Source of the DNA: Pseudovirgaria hyperparasitica
Taxonomy: Eukaryota
DNA: 64,000 nt
Strand: one strand, 5' to 3'
Assembly (NCBI GenBank): GCA_010093815.1
Contig: ML996565.1
Part shown: positions 24,085-36,555 of the stretch, in pieces
Position numbering within the stretch: the stretch's first letter is position 1
Layout of the letters: every line of letters begins with the position of its first letter
Translations under genes and position numbers: made by a program
Notes under the pieces: model-generated
Told to the model about the DNA's origin: nothing
What the model saw: only the letters and a program-made list of their open reading frames with translations
The model's database searches: none

Positions 24085-25147
24085 GGCTTTAAAACTCACT
24101 GCGCCCCGCTCCGAGGGATGCGCAAGATGCAGGGGATGGGACCGGGACGTATGGATGGAATGAATGTATGGAATGGGGCTTATTTATTTATATGTTCACA
24201 TATACATATAGGATGATTTGAGAGATGCGGGCGTGGCAGCGTGGGCGTGGGCGTGGACACGTTTTTTCTCGGACACTTTGAGTTCCGGTATTGGCAAAGG
24301 GAGATCTGAAGTGAAGGTCAGAGATACGATGTAATATGGGATAATAGATGATGTGGTAGACTGACAGGACGGGCTTGTGGAAGTATGAAGGACAACAGGG
24401 AAAGATTCCTTGTAGAGGCTAGTTATTTGGTTTATTTTGTGTTGTATGAGTGGTCGATTTATGATGATGATTATGATTATGATTAGGATTACTGGACTTG
24501 GTTTATTCTGGTTGTGGTGGCTTGTGGCACTGGTATTAATGTGTCCGAGAGGACGCGTGGGCAGGGATAGGAATATAGGTGGGTAGGCGGAGCAAGGGGG
24601 TTTGTGCCATCTTTGTGGGCATAGGTGGAGGGACGATGGGTGAGAAAAGGTGGAACGGTCAAGGCGTCATCATTCATGTAGCGTGATGTGGTATTTTTGG
24701 ACTTTGAGAGAAGGCTTGGGAGCAGAATGGAATGCGATTACTGATCTGATGACTTGTGGGAAAAAAGAATGTTTGTGAAGATGGATTGATGTCGTTCTAG
24801 ACGTGATACTTTCGCTATGATTACATAATGCTAGGAGGATAACCTCTTGGTTGGATCAGTAAGGCGCGTCAAAGCGCGCATGCTTGTAGTGTGCCATGCT
24901 TTTTTGGAATATTCGGCGACCAAAGCCTTGACAACGTGTCGGAGAGCTTCCAGGGGTATATCCACCGCGTCCTCGAGATTTGCTTTTTGCCCGTTGCGTC
25001 CGAGCTGATGGAAAAAAAAGTTGAGAGTGCCCCGTCTCGCCAATTGCTGATAAAAATGTGTCAGATGAACGCCGATGCTGGAATAAACGGTCGAAGGATA
25101 TTGCGCCGTGGCCAAATGCTGATATGATGAATTTGCTGATGATATGC

Positions 25148-26548
25148 TCATTCTGAAAGACGGAGACTTTCGAAGCTGGTTGTGGCTTCGATATCGCTGA
25201 TATCTTCAGCGGTCGCGACGCGGTAAGTGGGTGGGCTCGCTGGAACGTCATCGTACACTGGAGGTGCCTCATCGTCCCAAGCAATGCCCATGCCGCTTCG
25301 TTCGGTAAGGACTAATCCGAATTGGGTCCTGAGGATTCTAGCAGAACCCGTCGGAGTGGTTTGCTGGGGCTTCTTTTTCGAACTCCACTGCTCGGCAACT
25401 ACCATTTCGACGATGAGCTGGTGCTTTACACTCATGCCATGAGGTCCGCTCATGTTGCAAACGGGTCTAGTGGCCGAGTTGACGTGGCACGGGATTTCAA
25501 TCTCGATGTTGTCATCGATGCATGTCTTCCAGCCAGTCTTCAGCTCGCCGTCTCCGATGTCCCGGGTGTGTACGTGTGGCTGACCGTCGCTGGGCGTGCC
25601 ATCCTCCTGGGTCGCGAGCTTGTGTTGGTGCTTCTGGCAGGCTGGAGAGACAGTCTTTTGTGTTTCTTCGATGCGCCATAGCAGGCGTTGAAGCCTCCAG
25701 GAGAGGATGCAGTCAGCCTTGCGATTGGTAGTACCAGCCATGCGCATGGCGATCTTGAATTCGCCTATCGGGTAGACCACAGGTGGAAGAGTCACCTGAC
25801 AGGTCAAGTTGGTCGGAGGAAAGATTCTTACAGAATGCTTGTCGATACCAGGGATGATGGCACGTTTGACGTCGATCGTTCTAGTATAGGACAGAACATC
25901 ACCGGTATTGAGAACAGCCTCGGCAATGATATGGTAATCCAAGACCATGTCTATGCCACGAGTCGTAGCTGGTAGCTTGCCATCAAGCAAGTAGCTGAGA
26001 GGAACTTTGTGTTCGCCACGGTCCAATGTCAGAGATGAGGTTCCATGAACAGGCTCTGCCAGAAAGTCCCAGGTCTTGAGGTCTTTTGTGTGATTGGCAC
26101 ACTGTGAGCACCTCTCCCCAACGGGTTTCTTGGTTGTGATCTTCTGGACGAATCTAGCGCTAAAAGACTCCACTACGACTCGCTCAGTTCTCACGTCGAT
26201 CTTCAATAGGCCACTGAATAAGGCACCCGTCGAATCTTGAGGTTGATTAAAGAGCACAAGTGGTGGCGATTCAACGAGCATGTCTAATTTGGCAGGTCCT
26301 CCTGGTTCCTGAACCGCAGGTGGAGATTTGTTCGTCATCTTCGCGTCCTGACTGTATCGACGACCAAAAGCAAGAGCCAGAACATCGACCTTTGGATTGG
26401 GTTTGCTCTTTTGTTTACGAGCCAGCGAAGTGGATCGCCTCCTTCCGGATGCGGAAATCTGTGAGTGGAATGAATCTCTTTTGGGGGCGGAAGGATCCAC
26501 GGATGGAGCGGGTGAGGCTCGGCGGAAGCCAAGAAGTCGACCAGGCAT
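25148..26548 (-). CDS. LDB19: Arrestin-related trafficking adaptor of the Ldb19/Art1 family
   Basis: 'ESPPLVL...STGALFSG', 'HSVRIFPPTNL', 'WRLQRLLWRIEE', 'RILRTQF...TERSGMGIAWDDEAPPVY', plus a second PY motif PPTY. The ATG is inferred at 26548 (MPGRLL). Confidence 0.88.
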   Translation of the reverse strand: MPGRLLGFRRASPAPSVDPSAPKRDSFHSQISASGRRRSTSLARKQKSKPNPKVDVLALAFGRRYSQDAKMTNKSPPAVQEPGGPAKLDMLVESPPLVLFNQPQDSTGALFSGLLKIDVRTERVVVESFSARFVQKITTKKPVGERCSQCANHTKDLKTWDFLAEPVHGTSSLTLDRGEHKVPLSYLLDGKLPATTRGIDMVLDYHIIAEAVLNTGDVLSYTRTIDVKRAIIPGIDKHSVRIFPPTNLTCQVTLPPVVYPIGEFKIAMRMAGTTNRKADCILSWRLQRLLWRIEETQKTVSPACQKHQHKLATQEDGTPSDGQPHVHTRDIGDGELKTGWKTCIDDNIEIEIPCHVNSATRPVCNMSGPHGMSVKHQLIVEMVVAEQWSSKKKPQQTTPTGSARILRTQFGLVLTERSGMGIAWDDEAPPVYDDVPASPPTYRVATAEDISDIEATTSFESLRLSE

Positions 26549-29436
26549 AATGATGGCCTTGACGTGAGAGGAAAGAGCTTGCTTATTCGAAGGAAAGTGG
26601 ATGGATTGGCTGATGCGGCGCGCCGACAATATGCAATGATATGCAAGCGTATTGTGGGGAATTATGAATGATGAGCAGTCGATTGGATGAATGCTCACGA
26701 GTTTGTCTTGTGCTGGAACAATTGATATAGCACCAGGAGGTCAGAAAACATGGTCCAACGGGAAGAAAAGCCGTGGGAAGAAGGAAAACGATAAAGGGGT
26801 AGAGGGACGATGAGTATTATGTACACAGAACTAGATGGATTGACGTTAACAGATTTTCGCAAGCACATGGCCAGTCTGATGCCATCCTTTCCAGCACCAC
26901 GGGCACGGGGCTGCAGCGTCGAATCCCAGCCTCGTGGCCCGTTGTGCTGCTCACTCTCCCCCCCCTTCCCTTCTTCCCCCAATATGACATGATGGCAATG
27001 ACAGTTAGTCAGACCTTGACAGCATTAGCATTCATCCATCTTCGGCACCAGCACCCGTTAATTTCTGAGAGTTTCGACACCAAATGAAATCTCTGCATTG
27101 CTCGCCTCATCACCACTGGCTGGCGAGTTGACTGTCGGTCCACTGCTTGTGCGGCGCCACTAATTCATAGAAGCACTAGCCACTCCACTGCCCTTTGCGC
27201 TTCGGCCATCCATCCAAGGAAAAACTTTCCTCAATGCACAACAGCACCATCGATCCCATGTTTTACTAAGAAAAATCTCTTCTTTACCGTGGGCTGTTCC
27301 GGATGCTGGAATTGTGCTCTCATCGTGAGTCGGCGAGTGCATACGATCGATCCACGCATCGGCTACAGTCATACTAATTATGAATATCTTATCCACTACG
27401 CTCACCGAAGCACTCTTGCGTCCATATTGACAATACAATCACGCCTTTCAATTCTTTGACTCGCGGCCCGCCGTTACAAGCTGGATTTCGGCATTCAAGA
27501 AGGCCCAAAACAAGCCACATTATTACTACAATGTGCACCTGACGCAAGACATGGCGTCTTTGTGAGCGATCCCCCGCATTCTGCTGGTCGCACATCATTG
27601 GACATCTCCGTGGAACGCTGCATTCTACGGCAGAAACAGAGAGAGAAGAAAGAAATGCTTCACTTTGGGTCTTACATAACCTGACGTGCAGCCAATTCAT
27701 CATTTTCTGGTTCAACACGAACCTTCTCCTCCACCTGCAGCCTTACGTCTCGACACACTCACCATTCCCCATCCAGCATCTTCTTAGGTAATGATCACTC
27801 CATCACCCGTCGCCGGCTCAGATCCTCCTGACTTGGCGATGCGATGCGATACGCCTGCCTAGAGTCAGTCCCAGACCATATTAAGCTCGAGCTGTTTCTT
27901 GCCGAGCCCTCGCCGCGCCTAATAGCGGCGGTCCATTCCACAACGTGCGCCGTCGGCCACGGTGCCCAGTGTAGACGTGAATTATAGACAGCGCCTTTCG
28001 TGGAGTAGAGAGTCATCGCGGGTGAGGAGGAGACCGTGGACGAGCAAACGCGTTTCCCATTCCTCCACCTCTTTTAGCACCTTGCAGGCTCATTGATCCA
28101 CACTCCGGCCATCCAGACACTCAAGAAAAAAAAAATATGCGCAAGAACAACAAACACATCGAGTAACAAGATCCACTTAAACCGCGTCGTCAAAAAGCCT
28201 CAAACTTCGAACGCGCAACTTCTAGCACGTCATGTTTCATTTCTATGACTCTATTTCCACGCCCCTGTTATCCCGGACATTATAATTTGTTCCGTAACTA
28301 GGTTCTCTCACAGTCTGGACTTTCTCTGATGATGTGCCTTTGAGCTGCTATTGCTGTTGGGTCGTGGAGAGCCGCGTCGCGTTCGTGCTGCTTTCTCGGG
28401 CCTCGCCTAAGCCGCGCCGCCCCAGCATCAGGAGGTAGGGAGGTACCTAATACTACTATACCTACATACCTACCCATGGCTGTGCGCATGGCTGTTATAT
28501 CGGAAATCCGGGGTAAATAAGCACGAACGGCTGTTAATTTTGCGGCGAACATGTCATATCTGGCTGGCTACGTGAGTCACCACTACTGCGGTTTGAGGCT
28601 GGCCGGTCGTCTCGTCTAGACCACCACGGCCTCGTTCGTCGTAATGGATATACCTGTGCCACGTGGATACGTGGCAAAGACATTCGATAGATGTCTTTTC
28701 GATACTGCTTCAAGCCTAGTCGGATAGATGCGATTGCTATAGAGGATGAAGAGGGTAAGGCATCCACGCTGTCAGGCTCACACCGTTCTTTCTCATGCTT
28801 GCGCTGTGCCTGCGTATGGTGTTTGATGGAATCCTACTCGACCAGACAGATATTGTCTCTTTACGTCGTAGAGCGAATCATTGTTTGTATTAAACTCTTT
28901 CACAGCAGCCACACATTCACACACTCCATAACTCCACCAGGTTGGATCTACATCGTAATAAAACCCCACAGCTATGTCCTATATGGTACCACGAGGACAC
29001 ATATGATTTCATATTACAGATTAGACGTCCAGATGTAGACGTATATATCTTAGCACTGAGGCTGGGTTTCATGTCCTGATGATTTCGGTTTCTGGCCGAA
29101 GAGAAGAGTAATACATGGCCTTGGTCACGCTTGTACAGAGGGGTCTTGCGCTGGCTGGACACGCTTGCATGACCAGCCAATGTGGGTTTTGATCAGTGGT
29201 GGGAAGTTATGTAGATAGGTCTACAGTGGAAGTTCTGGATTTTGGTGGTTTTGTTCGTTGGCTAAGGACTTGATGAAAACTTGCCACTGTCGGGTATCTC
29301 ATTTTACGAGGTGGATGATATACGCTAAGTTAAGCGAGCTACTAGCGCCCAACCACGCGCTCGTCTTCGAAATCGCTTTTCTCAATAATTTTCTTGCGAA
29401 TATATTTTAGTTAGTGCTCGACCATTCATCAATTCA

Positions 29437-29531
29437 GCGGGGATAGTATAGTGGTTAGTACAGTTCGTTGTGGAATTACGCAAGTAATTAGCGACGCCGA
29501 ACAGACCTGAGTTCGATTCTCGGTCCCCGCA
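29437..29531 (+). tRNA. tRNA-His (GUG) with a 23-nt intron
   Basis: Acceptor stem GCGGGGA/TCCCCGC and D-arm GTAT-AGTGGTTA-GTAC. Anticodon stem GTTCG/CGAAC, with GTG at 29470-29472. Intron 29474-29496 at the canonical 37/38 position. T-arm CTGAG-TTCGATT-CTCGG. G-1 is not encoded. Confidence 0.95.
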
Positions 29532-29542
29532 AGAACTTCTTC

Positions 29543-29557
29543 TTTTGGGTTTATTTT
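29543..29557 (+). terminator. RNA polymerase III T-tract terminator of the tRNA gene
   Basis: TTTT runs begin 12 nt after the tRNA 3' end. Confidence 0.6.
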
Positions 29558-29579
29558 ATTTATTATTTCCAATCCATCA

Positions 29580-29860
29580 AATGACTTCCCCTACGTCATT
29601 TCCTAAATAGATAATAATAAGCCCATACTACTAGGCAGTTTATTATTAGTCAGGGCCCTAAACATCCCGCTAACGCTCCTATCTAATTATAAAAATGTAT
29701 AGAAAATTTTAGACATGCACTATAGTAGAATTGAGTTGGTTAGCGCTACGCTATTATAAATATGATATATAAATAAAGTTATGTATGCTAGAACCTCCCA
29801 AAGGTATAAACTATAACGTGGACTCCATCTAGTATAACTCGATGTGGTGGTATAGTAAAC
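29580..29860. other. AT/TpA-rich tract next to the tRNA, probable RIP-degraded element relic
   Basis: Very TA-rich (tactag, tattattag, tatagtag, tataaa) and no ORF. Confidence 0.45.
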
Positions 29861-30447
29861 CATGGAATCGTCTTCGTGGCGTGAGAGATGCAGGAATCCT
29901 TAGGCCCAGTCTAGCAGCGACGACGCTTTCGGTCCATAACCTTGAGTTTCGCTTGATCTATCGGACGCTGTACCGTCCACCGGGGCATTACTGTCTTCAT
30001 CGTCGGCAGAAAGCATAGTCCGTCCAGCAGGATCTCAATTTCATAGTGCATGCTTCTACCATTCTCGATGATAGTGTCGTTTCGCTCATGCAGCTTTCGA
30101 TAAACCTTGATAGAGGCACTGTCATCCAAGAGTTTGCGAAACTGGTTTTTCACTTATCGGATACAGATAAATCGTATATCAGGGATTTCAATAGTCTCTT
30201 TATGAGCTATATTGTACGGAATTCATGTCAGCCATAGATGACGAGGATCACTTCGCTGTCTGCTGGCTACAAAGAATATTGCACCTCAAGCAAAGCCGGA
30301 CGACTAATCACACAGAGAAGCACATTCTATACGACGTTTTCAAGATAAGCCATTCTGAATTTGTCCCATTGCTGACGCACTTTATAGCTACCCAGAACGC
30401 AAGAAACCCCCAAACCCACACCCCAGTAACGCCATCTCTCATATTCA

Positions 30448-31330
30448 CTAGGTCGCCTCGTATGGCATGCTGTATATCTCTACCGAGCTCGGCACCCACT
30501 TCATGCCCCAGATCGTGAGGCCATCCCCCCCTCTCTCCGCCTCCCCGTTGGCATCGCACTTGCCGCGTCCCACGGACATGTGCTCCATAACCTTGAAGCC
30601 TACGCGCTCGTACACCCTCTTCGACCCTTCGGTCGTTGCCTCTAGCCAAATCGGCGTGCGAGCGGCCTGGGCAATCTCCGTGCACTTGTACAGCAGCATG
30701 GACGAGAGGCCCTGGCCGCGGTGCTCTCCAAGCGTGGCAACCTGGAAGATGTAGAAGTAGGGCTTGTCGCCCATATGGCGCTTCTTCGCGCGCTCAATAG
30801 TGCCCGCATAGTCGAAGATGAGGCGCTGTAGTGTGCTTCTGTTAGTTTCAAGGTTCAGGTTTAGGTGTCGGGTGCGGATCCAGGATTGCGCGTTGTTCAC
30901 TCCCACGATACTGGGTGTGTGATACGGCTCACCTTGCATCCTCCATAGCCCAGGTGCCATATATTCTTCAGCCAGCCGGCGCGCAGGCTGATCCAGACGC
31001 TGTCGGTGCGGATCTTGGGTGGGATCATGACGACCGTGCTCTCCCAAGTGTTAGCTTCGAGGAAGTACGCTCCGAGCAAGGCTGCGGGCTTCAACAGGTG
31101 GTAGAAGAGCTGTGGGTGGTATGCGATGCGCTCATTGTGAGGCTTATCGTTCAACCAGTAAGCTGCCGCAGGATCCTGCTCGAAACATTGGGAAATGAGA
31201 GCTACGGCATGATCGAGGCGCCCTACATGAAGTCAGAGTTTGTTTACACGGGATGTGAGAGGACATGAATTTATGTAATACCGAGACTGTCTCCGCCGCA
31301 AGTCGCGGTAACTGGGTATTCGTTGGTCAT
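30448..31330 (-). CDS. GNAT-family N-acetyltransferase
   Basis: Acetyl-CoA motif A 'VATLGEHRGQGLSSMLL' and 'PIWLEAT...SKRVYERVGF'. N-terminal 'FEQDPAAAYWL'. Two GT-AG introns; ATG at 31330. Confidence 0.88.
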
Positions 31331-32160
31331 TATTGCGGATGTAAGACGGTTCACGATCAACTGTCTTCGAAGCATATCGCTCAAGAAATAGTGCACGCGC
31401 CTGTTGTACAGGATATAGTCGTTCATCTTCACAGCGTGCGGCGGTGTGACTATACGCGGCTTGTGTTAAGCAGGGGGTAAATGTACGGTAAGGAACTGAA
31501 CTCGTGTGAATGAGTTATAGTGGTGAAACTTAAAGAAGTCGTGGGTGGGCATTTTCGTTGATGTGATTCTCAATCGAAAGGTCTGTGCTTAGATACAAGG
31601 TAGTGAATTGCGCTGTGAGGGAATAGTCACTGCTTTATTTGTTCACTAGGCTAGAACAGGGTAGTGAAAGTCGTTTTTATCGCATGGCGTCCTATCTCAC
31701 ATTGGGCAATATTGTCCAATATTCAGATTCCCAGCTTCATGTGACTCGATTGCGATATCAAGTTCAGCCCTCTCCAACTAGATTGATCTAAGATACGCGC
31801 GTATGCTGTCGAAGGTCCTTGAAGACAGACCTTTTGACGATTGAATAGCACTGCAAGAAGAGACTATGAATCAGACTCAACGTTCCTGACTCTAGTCACA
31901 GCAAGACAGTCTTGAGTATCCGCTTATATTACAACCCGTGCACTATGAATCTATCCTCTGATAGAGAATCTCAGATCAATCCAGCTCGATGCGAGACTGG
32001 TATAAACTTTCATTGTAGCATATCTAACACAGCTCCATGTATGTGGAACTCTGAGGTGCTATTCTAGGACGAAATCTGTCCACGAGCCTGATGGCATACT
32101 TAAGCCAAAGCGACAATGCCCAGGGTACTGGAAATGCCTGAAATCAGGTTGAAATGATTC

Positions 32161-33133
32161 TCAGGTACATCCTTGACAATATTTTGCCTTGACATAGTCC
32201 TCCTTCCGAACGCACGTCAGACATATTCCAACAAACTCATTCGCGAAACGGGAAATGCTTTCTTTCAATTGATTGTCAGGAGCACATCTTGGGTGATGTC
32301 TGCCACACTCTCCGACAGTTCTGTCACCATTGTCGATAGTAGCAAGCGCTCCTAGCATCTCGGCAATGCTCATAGTTGCTGGTGGGGGAAGGATATCAAG
32401 GTTCTGAAGTTTCGAGAGGTAAATTAGAACCTTGCTTTGAGAAGTGGACTCGCATATCCTGCAATAATCAGCGCGCAGAAGCCGGAAGATCATATCAGTA
32501 AGTTGAGTTCGCAGGCTGCTGTGTCGCTCCTCCATCAAAGCTACACAATCTTCAGCTAAACTTTTCACGAAGAAGTGCGATATCGGTAGACTTACTCCAA
32601 AATTCACGTGGGAATACTTCCCGTTGCTGATCCGCACTGGGTACAGGAGCCTCAGTCCGTGTCGAAATAATGGTGTGCGTGAGGTTGCTGAATGCAGTAT
32701 TGTTGTCGAAGCAATAAGCCACAGCAGCGAGTCTGACGAGGTCCAATGCGGACATACACTCTGAAGGAATGAGCCACTGCGCGCTTGCGAACTTCAATGC
32801 GGTCAGACATTCAAACTTCCTGGCCACTCGTGAAATTCGCAAAGCTCGTTCAGGGTCGACTACGCCAAGAGCATCATTTTTCCAGTGCAAGATGTTGCAT
32901 AGCGCTTCCATGGCGTCCTCGTCATCTTCAGGTAGAGGGATCACAACTGGTTCAACTCGATTGAAATTCAGTGCTTCGGATGACCCGGACGAGAATACAG
33001 CTCGAAAGACTGAGGAAGCGCTCTCCAGTGCAGAAGTTTCAACACGAATTCGTGTCTCGGTTGGCCCGACAACTAGAATGGCGTCTCCATTTGATGCGAT
33101 GAGAACATATCGCGGTTTAGATGGCTCATTCAT
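32161..33133 (-). CDS. Fungal BTB/POZ-domain protein
   Basis: 'NGDAILVVG...RIRV...LESASSVFRAVF', 'LPEDDEDAMEALCNILH' and 'ARKFEC'. One GT-AG intron near 32531-32594. Cys-rich C-terminus 'GICLTCVR'. Confidence 0.85.
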
Positions 33134-33786
33134 GGTAAGCTTGACTTGAGCCTCGTAATCGAAAGTTTGCAGAAGTTGTCGTGAGGTGAACGCGAGACAA
33201 CCTTTTGAGTGATTTCTACTTTATAGTATTCAAGTGAGTCTGGACACAGCGCTAATCGAAATAGGATTTGGTATTGTACCCATGAATGAAGTGAAGTATA
33301 GTATACACAGAACCGTGCGCGATAAGTGATCAATGACATCGATTGACTTTTGCGACGCGAATGTTTAAAGCGAATGAGCCGGAGCATAGATCACCACGTA
33401 ATACATTGCTGCAAGCATTTGTGTATACTAGTGTGATTAAATGTAGATATCAAGAACACTTGCTTTGGTTACACCTTATGACATTGTGCGACATCCCGCT
33501 TAATTGGCTGGTCCAGAGGATTTTATCCAACATCACAATTAGTACATTACCATCGGCATACTCAAAGACTACGGATTATCATCGCCCATATCTATAAGCA
33601 CGGATCGATTTATGTAACTGATGTCGTCTTGCAGATGTCTAAGTTACCCCTGAGCTGCCTTCCGGTTATAAGAGGGCAAGGAATAGGATGATCTTGACAT
33701 CCATGTCAGGAATAAGCGAGCGCCGTCTACGACTCACACATGCATGTCGTATCGTATGACACGTACACCAATCTTAACTTTCACGG

Positions 33787-34437
33787 ATGATGGCAAACAC
33801 TTCCTTGGGTCGGAAATGCACACTTTTGCCCATAAATCTGAGCACTCCGAGTGACTATAACGAGCTACAGAGACAACGAGTCCTCTGCGGCTGGAATTTC
33901 GAAGATGCGCAGCTTAAGGTGTGGTGCGAGGAGATGAACCAGGGCTTGAAGTCACTATTCTGTATCATGTCCAAACCATCCGCTCTCCATACAGACCGTA
34001 CGGGTCAAACGACCTCGCCCGAGGAGCAAACCGACGACTCGCCTATCGTACGCGTCGGGCACATCTCGATTGATTCAGAAGCAGGTCCCAGAGATCCAAC
34101 ACTGGCACGACCTGACCGCAGTGTGCTTACGATCTCGACATTGTTCGTGCTACCGGAGTATCGATCGTGTGGCTTTGGAGGTGCAGCGTGGCAAGCAGCA
34201 GAGACTTTGGCGACGCAAGAGCCATATGGGTCACCTGCATGTTGTACCCTTACTCTGACGACCGTAAGCAAGAACCAGCCGGATGGGCACCCTCCGCTGG
34301 AACATGGAACTGTTGAAGGATGGTATGAGTGTATGGGATACGTGATTTACAAAGAAGAGCCGCGATGGCTCGGCAAACTTCCTGACGGTAGAGAGTATTG
34401 GACTGTGGCTAGTTTTATGAGGAAACAGCTAAAGTAA
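33787..34437 (+). CDS. GNAT-family N-acetyltransferase
   Basis: 'QRVLCGW', 'VGHISID', motif A 'LFVLPEYRSCGFG' and 'WYECMGY'. Intronless. Confidence 0.85.
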   Translation: MMANTSLGRKCTLLPINLSTPSDYNELQRQRVLCGWNFEDAQLKVWCEEMNQGLKSLFCIMSKPSALHTDRTGQTTSPEEQTDDSPIVRVGHISIDSEAGPRDPTLARPDRSVLTISTLFVLPEYRSCGFGGAAWQAAETLATQEPYGSPACCTLTLTTVSKNQPDGHPPLEHGTVEGWYECMGYVIYKEEPRWLGKLPDGREYWTVASFMRKQLK

Positions 34438-34537
34438 AGCTTATGATGATTAGTATCGTGCCGCTTAAAGAAAATAAGCAAAGGCACAATATCGATGGGC
34501 GGTAGAGCACTCTCTGCAAGCAACATTGTTGAACCAC

Positions 34538-35358
34538 TCAACAATAGCTTGCAACTTCTCCGAGTATCTCTGCCACAGCGCCTGGCTTCGACAACATTAC
34601 AAAATGACCCGCTCCTGGAATACGTTTCGTCTCTTTCAGTGCCGTCGGACTTGCTATCCTCGCAGTCTCGACCATAGCTTCCATCGCAGCTACAGCGAAA
34701 CCACGATCATCCTCGGGGATGACATACGTCGAGGGAATGTAACGCCAAGCTGCGTAAGATGTCTTGCTCCAAAGAACACCAAGACTGTGTACTCGAGTTC
34801 TCGCGGCCCATTGCTCGGCTTGGTCGGGCGGCAGGTCGTGGAACCACAGATTCAACTGTTGCTCCTTTTCGACCCATACAATCCCTTTCTGCCACACAAC
34901 ATGTCAGTGAAATTAATTATTATGAACAGAGCACAACCTACATCTAAATCGACCTGCCAGAAAAGATGAACCCCATCGCCCGTATCTGAATTTCCTATTG
35001 TCGCGCCCTCTGGTATCATCATTGCTGAAATGTAGACGATATGCGCAACTCCACCCACGTGGCCTTTCTTCGCACGCTCATGAACACCAAGATCTTGCAG
35101 GGCTTCAGAAACCGGTAGTCCACTATACGAATGTGCGACCATGACAATGCTTCGTGTAGTATCTACCAGCTCAGTCACAGTGGCTCTGATGAGCTGCACG
35201 TCTTCCTCAAACCCTTTTGTCACAGGATCTCCCCCAAGTGACGGTAGATCAATCTTTCGAGACTCGTAGCCATTCTGAGCTAAGATATCAATGACGGGGT
35301 CGAAAGTATCAGGCGAATTCCAGGCGCCCGCTGTGAAAACAAAGATGGGCTTTGACAT
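34538..35358 (-). CDS. Alpha/beta hydrolase (Abhydrolase_6, methylesterase-like)
   Basis: 'FVFTAGAW', nucleophile elbow 'AHSYSG', 'YISA', 'AAWRYIPSTYVIPEDD' and catalytic His in 'AGHFVMLSKP'. One intron near 34890-34940. Confidence 0.88.
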
Positions 35359-35673
35359 TATATGAGAATGCACGACTAGGTCGTTTGACAGGAAGCGACC
35401 TGATCTACACGCCAACATATCGAGTGGACAGCCAGGCTTTTGTACGCCATATGGCGCAACTCGCAAGCTTCCGATAGTTGCATACTAAGCTTCGGTCTGC
35501 TGACCAAAATGGTTAGCAACAATCTGGAAAATCGGGCAAGTTGCGACGGGCTATTGGATCTGATCAAGATCATTCTTATCATCGGATTGAAGAGCATCTC
35601 TAAGCGGATAGGGTCGAAGCAGCTGGATACTTGAATCCAGTTTTTGGGTCGTATACATAGTATAGTTGCTCGG

Positions 35674-35751
35674 AGATGGTTCACGTACTGAGAGTGATAT
35701 GGCTGGGACTAGATGGTTCACGTACTGAGAGTGATATGGCTGGGACTAGAT
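35674..35751. repeat. Perfect 37-bp tandem duplication
   Basis: AGATGGTTCACGTACTGAGAGTGATATGGCTGGGACT at 35674 and 35711, followed by AGAT. Confidence 0.97.
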
Positions 35752-35759
35752 ATCGCTAG

Positions 35760-36140
35760 TTGGATTCAAAATGACCATGAACAGAACTATTTGGCAAGCG
35801 TGTGGCTAGCGATGCATTCATAGGCTAGACTTATTCACACATTAGCCACATCTTTCATCCATTTCATATATACAGAGTAGGTATATATGGTCTATAATAG
35901 CATCTTAAATCCAGTAATATATCATCTACGATACGACAGGATCGATTTACATCTGCCCTAGTACATACCACCTTAGGAGAACTTTATAGTTTCACGAAGG
36001 ACTAGCACGATCTGAATAGTACCAACTATCCTTCTCTCACTATAGTATAGCCGAATAAGACAAGACGATTTCATTCCAATGTTCTTCCAAGAACAAGGGA
36101 CAATTAGCACGTTCCAGACCATAATTTCTTAACAACTGGT
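35760..36140. other. TpA-rich tract, possible RIP relic
   Basis: Rich in CTAG/TATA/TAG and non-coding, inside the hydrolase-P450 divergent intergenic region. Confidence 0.35.
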
Positions 36141-36555
36141 GTTATGATAAGTATGTCGTTTTTGTGTAACAACTCCGTTGGCATTCTGGTATATCCTCAA
36201 TCTTATTGGATGTCAACCCCGCTATGGATGCCCGGCCGTAAGTTGGGTGCGAATCGACGCGAAGGATTTAGCTTCAGCTTCAATTTGAACACCAACGCGT
36301 GTCCTATCCATAGCGCCGGCTACATCGACGCGTGGTGAAATCTAATTTAAGATCTCCACGATGTCCCGTCCTACTATCACTTTCTTACGCGGCTACAAGA
36401 TAGCAGAGGTGTATAAAGTGAGGGACCAGTACACTCGGTTCATACCATAGAACGTTACAAACATTTTTGGGACTCAAGATCTGTCTTCACGTCAAGAAAG
36501 CCATCAAGATTCATCGTCCACAAACTCATAATCATCTTTCGTCCTTATCGTCGGC

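Noticed and set aside
23523..24092. 189-aa ORF ending in CNVMPCHVMPCKCKCNC, resembling a metallothionein
   Set aside because: The Cys pattern is just the translation of a microsatellite, and the rest looks like low-complexity UTR sequence.
29911..30153. 80-aa ORF next to the tRNA-proximal relic
   Set aside because: It has a GTG start and no recognisable motif, so it cannot be supported as a gene or transposase fragment.
31701..31720. Imperfect palindrome ATTGGGCAATATTGTCCAAT
   Set aside because: It is a single short instance with no supporting context, and is expected by chance in 64 kb.
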